Part shown: positions 18,894 through 28,633 of the stretch, piece after piece | Layout: the number at the start of each line of letters is the position of its first letter | Numbering within the stretch: position 1 is the first letter of the stretch | DNA from: an uncultured Chloroflexia bacterium | GTDB lineage: Bacteria > Chloroflexota > Anaerolineae > B4-G1 > SLSP01 | Reading direction: 5' to 3' | DNA length: 43,499 nucleotides | Assembly: GCA_963751345.1 (NCBI GenBank) | Contig: CAVVUS010000017.1 | Coordinates: 1 to 43,499, forward strand | Position numbers and translations under genes: made by a program | Notes under the pieces: generated by a model | The model's input: the letters and a program-made list of their open reading frames with translations, nothing else | Database searches by the model: none | Told to the model about the DNA's origin: nothing

Positions 18894-20763
18894 ATGCAGC
18901 TCTGCACCAATCCCAGCTTTGAGCAGCAATGGACCGACCTACCGCCCGTCGGCACCCTCACCAACCAGCAGCCGGCCGGCTTCTCGCTCACCATCCGCCC
19001 GCTCGGCACGCCCTTGCTCAGCACCGGCTACACCCCCGACGATCCGCCCCGCTTCGAGGTCGTCGCCCTGATCCCCGAGTGTGTCCACAAGCTGCGCGCT
19101 CAGATGCCCGACGCAGATCGCCGCATCCTCGACGGAGACGTCTCGTTACAAGATCTTCGGATCCGGTCCCTTCAGCGTCGACCTCGCCTATCCTTGCATC
19201 GTCCTCAGCCGGCACTCGTCAATATCGCCGTCCCTGTGGAAGTGCACAACCACGGCGACGGCTCCCCGGGAGCTGCTGTCTGGCGCCTCATCGTCGACAT
19301 CGCTTGTCTTTCCCTGGCGCACCTTCGGCGCCGGCTTCTCTGACCGTGAGTGGACCACCGAGACCTACTGCCCTGCACTGCGACGCGAACACCCGCCTCA
19401 CCGTCACCCTGCAGGTGAGGGTCGCGCCACACCCGGCGCCCCCATCGACTTCTTCACCGATGCCTGGTACATCGACCTGACGCCCGATCCCGACAGCCCG
19501 AGCCCCGAGCCCGAGCCTGCGAACGCAAGCCCCTGGCGAATGGTTCGACGCCTTCGGCTACGTGGTCGACTTCGATCTCATCACCGATCCCGCCGCCCGT
19601 CTCGCCTACTACATCCAGGCTTGCAGCGAAGGTCGCGTCATCGGCCCGTCTCACGATCACCTCGCCACCTGGCCACCCGGGGCCCGGTCCTACACCGTCA
19701 CCCTGCCCGGCATCCCTGTCGATCGCCGCTCCGCATTCACCGCCTACTATGCCAACCTCAACCCCCGGATCGCCCTGCGCTACGTCGACACACCCGCAGA
19801 GCCCCGCCGGATCCTCCTCTTCCTCCGGATCCCGAGCCCCCGCCCCCGCCCGTCACACCCCCGCCCCTGTGGCGGCCCGCAAACTACGTTCCTCGAGGAA
19901 CGAAGCTGGGCTTTCACGGCGTCGGGCGATGGAGGACAGTCCGATAAGATCTTCGCCCCCCTGTTGCCCCTCGGAGCCGCCCCGCCCACCGCAAAGGTCA
20001 TCGTCTCGCTCGGCGCTGCCGGCGACATCCTCCGCGAGGCTGATCGCGCCAGACCGGAGCCACGCCCGCCATCGTCGGCCGGCTCATTGATGCGCCTGGC
20101 CTGGGCAACCTGGAGTGGTGGAGATCCGACCTTGACCAACGCTGGCAGGCAGAAAAGCGCATGGCCGAGCTTATGCCTCGCTGGGAGCCCTTCCGGCAGC
20201 ACTACCGCTACTGGGAGATCATCAACGAGCAGAACCCGCCCACACCCGAGGCAGCCGCCGCCCAAGCCCGCTTTATGATCCACTGCATGGACATCGCGGA
20301 GGCCAACGGCTACCACCTCGCGCTCTGGTCTCACTCCGTCGGCACCCCCGAGCCCTGGGCCTGGGATGCCTGCGCCCCCACCGGAGTCTTCGAGCGCGCT
20401 GCAGCCGGTGGCCACGCTATCGCGCTGCACGAGTACGGCGACGTCAACCTCAACCTCGGATCCCACCTCGGCCGCTATCGTGACGTCTACACCCGCCACA
20501 TCCTACCCCGCGGCCTCGACATCCCCCTCTACATCACCGAATACAACCTCTGGCGCGAGACCCTCGGCTACGTGGATAGTGGGTATCTGCTGGATCAGTG
20601 GATCCGCTACGACGCTCTGGTCTCCACCGATCCTTACGTCGCCGGAGTGCACATCTACAGCGTCGGCATGGTGCACGACCTCTACGTCCAGGCTATCTAC
20701 GACCTCTACCCCCGCCTTCCGCGACTACGCCGTCAGCGTAAAGGAGCGATCAATGGACACTAA
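18894..20763 (+). CDS. Multidomain clan GH-A glycoside hydrolase with CBM-like N-terminus (many frameshifts)
   Basis: N-terminal NPSFE motif, Pro-rich linkers, TIM-barrel motifs KLGFH, YWEIINEQ (acid/base), ALHEY, PLYITEY (nucleophile). Confidence 0.65.
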
Positions 20764-21304
20764 CGGCATCCCTCGCGCGGTCGTCCTTCCGCCTCCCATG
20801 AAGAACCTCGAAAAGCCTTGGTACGAGGCAGCCCACCTCGGCCCCTACAACTACCACCCCGAACGCTGCGAAGACTGGAATCTCGAATCGATGGGGAACA
20901 CCGACCTCGGCGAACCCCTGGTCGCGCCCTTCTCCGGCCTGGTCCTGGCCGCGGCCAACTACGGCGGAGGCACCGGTCGTGTCTGTCAGATCCTGGGGAT
21001 CACGCCTTCCGGCGCCTTGATCGTGTGGGGAGGCTGGCACCTTCACTCGCTCTTCGTCGCCGCCGGCCTGGTCGTCGAGGTCGGCGATCCCATCGGCACC
21101 ATCGGCAACGCTGACGGCCGCTATGCCGGGGCCCACCTCCACGAGCAGATCTGCATGTCGTCAAATCTGCCAGCGGCATCCCCGCCCCCACCACCTTTGC
21201 CTCAGACAACCGCTATGCCTGGCAGCAGCCAGTCCCGCTTCTACCTCGACCACGGCGTCGACCCCGACCTCATCCGCCACGTCACCCTCATGGACGGCCA
21301 ATGA
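20753..21304 (+). CDS. M23 family metallopeptidase
   Basis: AAGGAG and ATG; YHPERCEDWN, GEPLVAPFSGLV, VEVGDPIGTIGN...AHLHEQI (HxH). Confidence 0.75.
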   Translation: MDTNGIPRAVVLPPPMKNLEKPWYEAAHLGPYNYHPERCEDWNLESMGNTDLGEPLVAPFSGLVLAAANYGGGTGRVCQILGITPSGALIVWGGWHLHSLFVAAGLVVEVGDPIGTIGNADGRYAGAHLHEQICMSSNLPAASPPPPPLPQTTAMPGSSQSRFYLDHGVDPDLIRHVTLMDGQ

Positions 21305-21403
21305 CGTGGTGACAGAGCCCCGACGATCGTCGTGATCACGATCCCTTTGTCACCATCCGCAACTCCACACGTCGGACACGTTCCCACCTCCCAGGAGGCT
21401 ACC

Positions 21404-22058
21404 GTGAGCTACACACTCGCCACCTTGAGAGACCGCGTCGAACTGCAGCTTTCCGACGTCACCAACGCCCGCTACTCCACCGACGACCTCGACGAAGGCA
21501 TCCGCCAGGCCCTCAACGCCTACACCGAACACCTGCCCCTCCACGCCGTCGGCACCGTGGAGCTTGCCGCTGCCGGCCGCGAGATCGACGTCTCTTCCCT
21601 CACCTACCGCACCATCGACCGCGTCTGGTGGAACTACGACGAGGACGCCCCCGACCACCCGCCCCACTGGCGCAACTTCGACGTCTGGCCCGGAGATCTG
21701 CTCTTCATCAGTGATCCCGAGGAACCCGCCGGCGGAGACGTCGTCCGCATCTTCTACACCACCGACCACACCCTTGAGGACCTCGACTGCGCCGCAGGCG
21801 ACCACCTTCCCCGACGCCGACGCCTCGCTCATCGCCCAGGGCGCCGCCGCCTTCACCGCCCTCGCCCGTCGAGCCCACATCGCCGAAGAACTCAACGACA
21901 ATGAGTGGGCCCCCCGCAACCTCAAGGAGTGGGTCGAGGCCCGTCTCGCCGACTTCTACCGCCAACTCGATGTCCGCGCCCGCCAGGCTGCCGCCCATGC
22001 TGCAGGCATCGCCCCCGGCCCCTCCCTCGATCGCTGGGATGGTCTCAACGTCTGGTGA
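21404..22058 (+). CDS. Phage head-completion/adaptor-like protein, frameshifted near 21790
   Basis: AGGAGG and GTG; TLATLRDRVELQLSD...RYSTDDLDEGIRQAL N-terminal pattern typical of head-tail adaptors. Confidence 0.55.
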
Positions 22059-22336
22059 GGAGCGGCGGGCACCCGCGTTCGACGGGGCGGGTCAGACGGA
22101 CCAGTCTCTCAGATTGGCCCAATCGGGTACGTTTCGTCTCGGGGGATAAAGAAGGTCTCTGTCCACGGATGCAGCCGTAACCGCAAGGCGGAGATCCTGC
22201 ACTGAGTTCAGGATGACAACTCACGCCCATCCTGAAACGCACCCGCCCAATCTGGGCTATTGACAAGAGAGGAGGAATGCGTCAGGATGGGGGCAGGGAA
22301 TGGGAACGGTTGCTCGTGATAGAGAGGAGGCCGACC

Positions 22337-23367
22337 ATGGATTACACAGATTACCCGCGTCCCGTCGTGGAGGACATCGCGCGGCTCCGGCGGAGGATCA
22401 CCGCGTCCGGGATCCCTGAGAAGCACGTCGACGCCAACCTGCTGATCGGCACGTGGAACATCCGCGGCTTCGGGCGGGTCTTCGACGAGTGGACCGAGAA
22501 CCCCGGCAGCCCCAAGCGCAACCTGCGGGCGATGGCCTGCATCGCCGAGGTGGTGCGGCGGTTCGACGTGATGGCGATCCAGGAGGTGAAGCGCGATACC
22601 AGCGGGCTGCGGCTGCTGGTCGACGGTTTCCTGGGACCCAACTGGGGCGTGGTGCTGAGCGACGTGACGGCGGGCGACGCGGGCAACGGCGAGCGGCTGA
22701 CCTTCGTCTACGACAAGCGCCGCGTGACCCCCTCAGGGCTCGCGGGCGAGATCGTGCTGTCCGCCCACAGCCGACGGAACGCCTTCGGAGCAGTTCGATC
22801 GCACGCCCTTCATCGTGGGCTTCATGGCCGGTTCACCCGGGTCGTCGAAGGCCGAGCGCTTTGCGCTGCTCACGGCGCACATCAAGTACGGCAGCCGTGC
22901 CGGAGGACCGGCTGCCCGAGCTGCGCGCGGTCGCGGCCTACACCGCCACCGAGATCCGCGACCGGGCCACGGCGGGCGGCGAGGAGAACAACCTGATCGT
23001 GCTGGGCGACTTCAACATCGACGAGCGCGGCAGCAACCCGCTCTTCCAGGCCTTCGTCTCCTCGGGGCTGGTCGTGCCCGCCGGGCTGCTCAACCTGCAG
23101 ACCACGTACGGGACGAAGCCCAAGTACTACGACCAGATCGCGTGGTTTATGGGCGACCTCGATCTGCTGGTGACCCAGCGGGCGGGGGTGATCGACATCG
23201 CGGGTGCGGTCTTCCAGGAGCTCACGCTGTCCCAGATGTCCTACCGGGTTTCGGATCACTTCCCGGTCTGGGTGGAGTTCCAGATCGATCGGAGCACGGA
23301 GGTGATGGCGGAGACCCTCGGCGTGGATCCGGGCATGCCGGATCCATTGGGGACGGTGCCGGACTAG
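22337..23367 (+). CDS. Endonuclease/exonuclease/phosphatase (EEP) family protein, frameshifted
   Basis: IGTWNI, DVMAIQEV, IVLGDFN, YYDQI, VSDHFPVW motifs. Confidence 0.9.
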
Positions 23368-23653
23368 GGCAACAGCATAGGTGCTTTTCGAGAATAGGTT
23401 ACGAAGACACATGTTCCAGGCGGATCATGTCCCAGGGTACTGGGGGTGATCCGCCGGCTCTGCGCGCAGAGCGGCGGATCACAGATCCGCCTGGAACGGA
23501 GATGAGTGAGGATCTTACCCGAAAAGCTGCCCTGATCTGGCACTGGAGCTAGAGGCCGGAAGGCGGGAGCGAATGCCGGCTGTGGGATGGCGGATGGCGG
23601 GGGCCGGTTGGCTGCGTCGGCCAACTGGAAACTGACAACCGGTAACTCCCCGC

Positions 23654-24277
23654 CTAGCCGTTGAGCATCCAGCGTGTCACGCGACCGAATGCCAGCGCGG
23701 TCCACTTGAAAGCGTGGAGGGCCCCGAAGAAGAGCAGGGCGCCCACGAGACTGACGATGACGGCTTCGCCGAGGGTGTCCACCTGCCATACGCCGCTGCC
23801 GATGGTGACGTCGGGCAGGTTGTAGTAGAGCGGGGCAAAGAGCATCGCCAGGGGCGTGGCCAGCAGCGTCACCAACAGCACGAAGGCGATGATGCCCAGC
23901 GGGAACTTGACGAAGAGGTAGCCGACGCTCCGCCAGGTCATGCCGGAGACGAGCAGCGCCTTCAGCCGCTGCCACAGCGTGCCCGGCTCGACCGGGGGCA
24001 GTGCGCGGATGTTGGTGCGCAGGAGCCCGTTGGCCAGCGCCCGTTCCATCGCGCCGAGGAGCCGCGCCAGCACGAGCACCCCCACCAGGATCGGTATCCC
24101 GACCCAGACGATCAAGAGGCCGAGGCCCAGCGAGAAGCCCGTCACCAGCAGGATGAAGTAGAAAGTGCCCAGGGGAAAGGCAAGCAGGAGATAGAGCATT
24201 CCCCGATAGACCATCGGGTCGGTGACGATTGCGAAAAACTGCGTGCCAAGGGTGCCGTCGGATCGCCGCTCACTCAT
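23654..24277 (-). CDS. Stand-alone membrane 'Sensor' domain protein
   Basis: YLLLAFPLG...LGLGLLIVWVGIPIL...ERALA...TWRSVGYLFVKFPLG pattern; GGAGG RBS. Confidence 0.8.
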   Translation of the reverse strand: MSERRSDGTLGTQFFAIVTDPMVYRGMLYLLLAFPLGTFYFILLVTGFSLGLGLLIVWVGIPILVGVLVLARLLGAMERALANGLLRTNIRALPPVEPGTLWQRLKALLVSGMTWRSVGYLFVKFPLGIIAFVLLVTLLATPLAMLFAPLYYNLPDVTIGSGVWQVDTLGEAVIVSLVGALLFFGALHAFKWTALAFGRVTRWMLNG

Positions 24278-24310
24278 AGGTTCCTCCCAAACAATCTGGT
24301 GTAACGCCCA

Positions 24311-24472
24311 GTGGTCAGTCAAGCTGAATGGTGCAAATGTCATTCTGAGCCGGAGGCGAAGAATCTTGGTCCTGTAGACATAGATCCTTCGCGCGCCCAC
24401 TGCGTGGGCGCCCGCACCCTTAAGGGCGCCCGCTCAGGATGACAGTCTCCACGAATCAGGTTAACTGACCAC
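24311..24472. mobile_element. MITE-like element, family C, copy 2 (carries the 18-bp insertion)
   Basis: Inverted ends GTGGTCAGTCAAGCTGA / TCAGGTTAACTGACCAC; homologous to 6573-6740. Confidence 0.7.
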
Positions 24473-24502
24473 GAGTGCAGGAGCAAGATAGCGCTTCGGG
24501 AA

Positions 24503-24561
24503 AGACCTTTGGGGTTTTCCTGTATAGCAGGCTCCTACTTCGAAGGAAACCCCAAAGGTCT
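24503..24561. repeat. REP-like family B copy
   Basis: Same arms as 5703-5763 and a similar interior in reverse orientation. Confidence 0.85.
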
Positions 24562-24623
24562 CAGCGCGGGCGAGGAGGTCCATTCCCGAGGATCTCTTCT
24601 GTCCTTGCACTGTGGGCTCGTTA

Positions 24624-26573
24624 CTACGGCGTACGCCGGTCGTCGATGTCCGTGGCGTTGTTTGACACCGCGTTGGCGCCGAGCGTCGGGTTGGCGCCGG
24701 CCTCGACGTAGATGCCCCATTTGTTGCCGCTGATGGTGTTGCCCTGGGCGCTCCCGCCGCTCTGGTCGAAATAGGAGAGCCCGGCCGCGCTGTTGTCCGT
24801 GATCGTGTTGCCTTCGATGGTGGGCTGAGACTGGTCGTTGAGGCTCACGCCGTTGAGCGTGTTGCCGTTGACCTCGTTGTTGCGGAAGGTGCCGCCGGAG
24901 GTGCCGAAGTAGGCAGCGCCACTCTCGGCGTTGCCGTTGAGCGCGTTGTTCTCGATCGCCGGCCGGGCCGAGTCTCGGACCACGATGCCCGAGAGCGTGT
25001 TACCCGTGCGCAGGTGTTGCCGACCAAGTGCGGAGCCGCATTCTCCGTGATGCGGATGCCCACCTGGGTGTTCTGGCTGCAAGTGTTGGTCTGCAGCGTC
25101 GGGGAGCTGGTGCCATAGAGATCGATGCCGTGGAGGCCGTTGCTCTGCGCCTGGTTGTTCGAGGCCTCGCCGCCCGCACTGCCGAAGTAGGCAATGCCGC
25201 TCTCGCCGTTGCCGTCGACCACGTTGTCCTGGAGGACGGCCGTGGCCTGATCCCGCACGATGATGCCCGAGAGCTGGTTCTCGTTGCAGGTGTTGCCCGT
25301 GACGGTGGTGTTGCTGTTGTCGGCGAGGCGGATGCCCACCTCATTGTTGTTGCTGCACTCGTTATTCTCCAGCTTTGGCGTGGCGTCCTCGTTGACGCCG
25401 ATGCCGTGCAGGCCGTTGCCGGTGCAGCTGTTGCCGCGCGCGGTGCCGGTCGACGCCTCGAAGTAGGCGATGCCGTTCTGGGTGTTGCCGGTGCACGCGT
25501 TGTCGACAAGCAGGGGATCGGCGTCGTCGTTGACCGTGATGCCGTGCAGCCCGTTGCCCGACGACGTGTTGGACGTGGCGTCGCCCCCGCTCGCCAAGAA
25601 GTAGGACAGGCCGGATTGGGTGTTGTCGCGCAGAACGTTCTCCTTAAGGCTCGCGTTGGCCGTGTCGGTGAGGCTGATGCCGCTGAGCCCGTTGCTCTCG
25701 CAGGTGTTGCCCATCGCCGTGCCGCCGCTGGCATCACGGAACTGGATGCCCATCTCGGCATTAGAACTGCAGGTGTTGCCGTTGAGCGTGAGCCGGGCCT
25801 TGTCCTGCAGGCGGATGCCGTCGAGATTGTTGTTGGAGGCGTCGCAGGCCGACACGGTGCCCGTCGTCGAGCCCACGACGTGCAGGCCCGCACCCTTAAG
25901 GGCGCCCGCATACGCGGGTCCACCCTCCAGGTAGACCGCGCCGGTGAACCGGCAGTGGTCCAGGGTGATCGTGCCGCCCTGGATGAGCACCACGTCGGAA
26001 GCACCGGGGCCGTCGTGGGTGAAGGTAATGCCGTTGGCCTCGAAGGTGCCGCCGGTAAGCTCGTCGGGGGAGCGGGCGCCGATGAAATTCACCACGAAAT
26101 CATCCGCCGCGCTCACGATCTCGGTCAGGTCGACGCCGGCGCCGACCAGGGTCAGCGACTTGTCGATCACTAGCCCCTCCGCCAGCCGGTAGGTGCCCGG
26201 CGCGAGCGTGATGGTCGAGCCGGGTGTCGCGGCCTGAACCGCGTCCTCAACCGAGACGTAGTCGCCGCTGCCGTCGGTGGCCACGGAGATGGTAAGCGTG
26301 GCAGGGGCCGGCGTCTTGCTGGGCTTGGGAAGCGGCGTCACGGTGGGCGTGTCGATGGCTCCCGTGGGCTGCTCCGTGACGCCGGGCGTCGGTGTGGCCG
26401 AATCGCTCGACGGCGTGGTGAGCACGCAAGCCAGGGTGGGAATGAGGAGCAGTACCAGCGCCAGCAGCCTGGCGGGCGCCAGCAGCCTGGCGGGCGCCAG
26501 CAGCCTGGCGGGCGCCAGCAGCCTGGCGGGCGCGAGCGTCGTGTCAGTTTCCCGTTCGGTCGTGTCAACGGCA
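24624..26573 (-). CDS. Right-handed parallel beta-helix (pectin-lyase/NosD-like) lipoprotein, frameshifted
   Basis: AGGAGG and ATG 26573; lipobox IPTLAC; VATDGSGDY...LAPGTY head and many 24-aa GI-x8-N-x3-N repeats. Confidence 0.85.
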
Positions 26574-26650
26574 TAGATCTCCTCCTGGTGTAAGCGCCAG
26601 CAGCCTGGCGGGCGCCAGCAGCCTGGCGTAGGCGCCAGCAGCCTGGCGGG
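26458..26650. repeat. 18-bp GCGCCAGCAGCCTGGCGG tandem arrays
   Basis: Four exact copies at 26458-26529 in the signal peptide and three more at 26594-26650 upstream of the RBS. Confidence 0.9.
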
Positions 26651-26825
26651 CGGTGTGGGGTACGGTCGTTGATCGTGGCGCCATCATAGCGGCGAAGTCC
26701 GCAGGTGTCAAAACCCGGCGCATTCAGGGCGCGTGGAGCCGGCTGGCAATCGATGTATACTGGCCGTAGCTGCACCGGCTCCGACCCGTGTCCCGCGATC
26801 CTATCCATCTTTTTGTGAGGTGACT

Positions 26826-28520
26826 ATGTCCGACATCCGAGAGTCCAGTCCGACGCTTGTACCCTTAAGGGCACCCGCACCCTTAAGGGCACTCGCACCC
26901 TTAAGGGCACCAACACCCCCGCTAACCCACGCCCTGCGGGCGCTCGCCCGGCCGTGGACGCTGGCGCTGGTGGTGGTGTTGCTGCTGAACGATCACGTAT
27001 TGAGGGTAGTTGTGCCCGGATGGGTCACCGGCAAGCTGGGCGACGTGGCGTGGCTGGGGTTCGCGCCGCTGGTCGTCGCGGTGCCGGTGGCGCTGTGGAC
27101 GAGCAGAAGACGTGGCACCGCCACGTCTCTACAGGATCAGGTGGGAGGAGGCGGCGCCGGTTGCGTGACGCGATCGCCGGGCGGCGCGTGGTCGATCTGG
27201 ATCTCGATAGCGATCGTGGGGGCGGTGTTCGCGGTGGTGAAGACGGTGCCCGCGGCCACGGCGGCGTTTTCGACCGGATTTGCGGGGGTCTTCGGCTGGA
27301 AGCCGCTGCTCGTGCGCGACCCCACCGATCTGCTGACGCTGCCCGCGCTTGGGATCGCGTGGGCGCTGTGGCGGGCGGCGGAGGGCGTAGCGTGTCGCGG
27401 AGGGCGCAGCATGCTGCGCCCCTACAGGCGTCCCAACATGCGACGCGGCCGTATTCCTCGGAGGGCCTGGTGGGTCCTGGCGTTGGCGGCGCTGGCGACG
27501 CTCGGCAACAGCGGCCCGCCGGACGAGGGGATCCTGTGCGTGGCAGCGCGGGACGGGCAGCTCTACGCCGGGCCGCGCCACGCCTACGCGCTGACGCGCG
27601 CCTTCGTCAGCGCTGACGGCGGGCTGACCTGGCGCGAGAGCGACGCCTCGTGGCCGCTCCCCTCGTCGGGCGGAGGCGAGGTGTCGAGCTCGGAGCCGGC
27701 CTGTCCCGTGCACGACGCGCCCTGGACGTTGATGGCGGGACCGGTCCTGTACCGCTTCACGCCGGGGACGGGCATCGATGCTTCGAGCGACGACGGCGCG
27801 ACATGGATGACCGCGGTGGCCCTGACCGGCGACGATGCGCGTGTAGCCTACTACCAGGCGACGCGGTCCAACATCTCCGGGAGCCCCGGGCCGCACGATG
27901 CGCTGGTGGACCCCGTCACCGGTAACGTGGTGGTGGCGATGGGGCAAGAAGGGGTCCTGCTCCACGTCGCCGACCACGCGCCTACCGAGGCATGGCAGTG
28001 GGTGGCGCTGGGCGAGTATCGTTTCGAGCCGATCACGCGTCCGGGGCAGGTGGTCACGCTCCTGAAGGGCGAGCTGGGGCTCCTGGTGGCCGCCGTGATG
28101 GTCGGCATCGCGCTCGGCGGCTGGCGGGTGCTCCGGTGGCCGGGACGCGTATTTGCGGTGGGTGTGGCGGTAGGCATCGTGATCGCGCTGGTGGCAATTC
28201 GTCCGGCGACGGTGACGGGCTACGCGGGCGTGATCGTGGTCGGCGCCGTGGCGGTGACCGTGCTCGCCGCGCTGTCGCTGGCCATCGCGGCGGCCGTGAG
28301 AGTCGGGCGAGGGGGCGCCGTCGCTGTGGTGCGCGCGATCGGTCTGGGGCTGGATCCGGGTATCTTGGGGCTCGCGGTCTTCGTGCTCTGGGCGCTCGGC
28401 GTGATTCCGACGTACACCACGGCGCTATGGATCTGCGTGGTGGAGATGGCCGTCACGTGGACGTCGGCGGCGGTGGTAGGCGCGGTGGCAGCGTCCCGCG
28501 CGACGCCGCCCGCGGCCTGA
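26826..28520 (+). CDS. Hypothetical membrane protein with Asp-box (BNR) repeats
   Basis: LLLNDHVL...WVTGKLGDVAWL N-terminal membrane domain, SADGGLTW and SSDDGATW Asp-boxes, C-terminal TM helices. Confidence 0.7.
   Translation: MSDIRESSPTLVPLRAPAPLRALAPLRAPTPPLTHALRALARPWTLALVVVLLLNDHVLRVVVPGWVTGKLGDVAWLGFAPLVVAVPVALWTSRRRGTATSLQDQVGGGGAGCVTRSPGGAWSIWISIAIVGAVFAVVKTVPAATAAFSTGFAGVFGWKPLLVRDPTDLLTLPALGIAWALWRAAEGVACRGGRSMLRPYRRPNMRRGRIPRRAWWVLALAALATLGNSGPPDEGILCVAARDGQLYAGPRHAYALTRAFVSADGGLTWRESDASWPLPSSGGGEVSSSEPACPVHDAPWTLMAGPVLYRFTPGTGIDASSDDGATWMTAVALTGDDARVAYYQATRSNISGSPGPHDALVDPVTGNVVVAMGQEGVLLHVADHAPTEAWQWVALGEYRFEPITRPGQVVTLLKGELGLLVAAVMVGIALGGWRVLRWPGRVFAVGVAVGIVIALVAIRPATVTGYAGVIVVGAVAVTVLAALSLAIAAAVRVGRGGAVAVVRAIGLGLDPGILGLAVFVLWALGVIPTYTTALWICVVEMAVTWTSAAVVGAVAASRATPPAA
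26859..26912. repeat. Three tandem copies of the 18-bp CCCTTAAGGG element, in frame
   Basis: GTACCCTTAAGGGCACCC-GCACCCTTAAGGGCACTC-GCACCCTTAAGGGCACCA; same element at about 24413, 25890 and 30411-30451. Confidence 0.85.
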
Positions 28521-28633
28521 TTTCCCGGAAGCTCTGCTTCGGCTAACGGGTGCCGGGCACTGGACACGCGCAGCTGTAGCGGGAGGCATCGCGGCCGCGG
28601 GACCGGCCGCCTAAGTGCCGGGCACTGGAGACA

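Larger units (their letters stand above)
9427..22058 (+). mobile_element. Phage-derived head/packaging operon without tail, integrase or replication genes (GTA-like or cryptic prophage)
   Basis: Co-oriented terminase, portal, gpF-like, protease, capsid and adaptor genes, flanked on both sides by ordinary host genes. Confidence 0.8.

Noticed and set aside
9000-22300. attL/attR direct repeats or a tRNA integration site at the module ends
   Set aside because: No matching direct repeat or tRNA seen by eye; a self-alignment is needed to exclude short cores
26458-26650. Possible CRISPR array
   Set aside because: The repeats are directly tandem 18-mers with no unique spacers, and no cas genes are nearby
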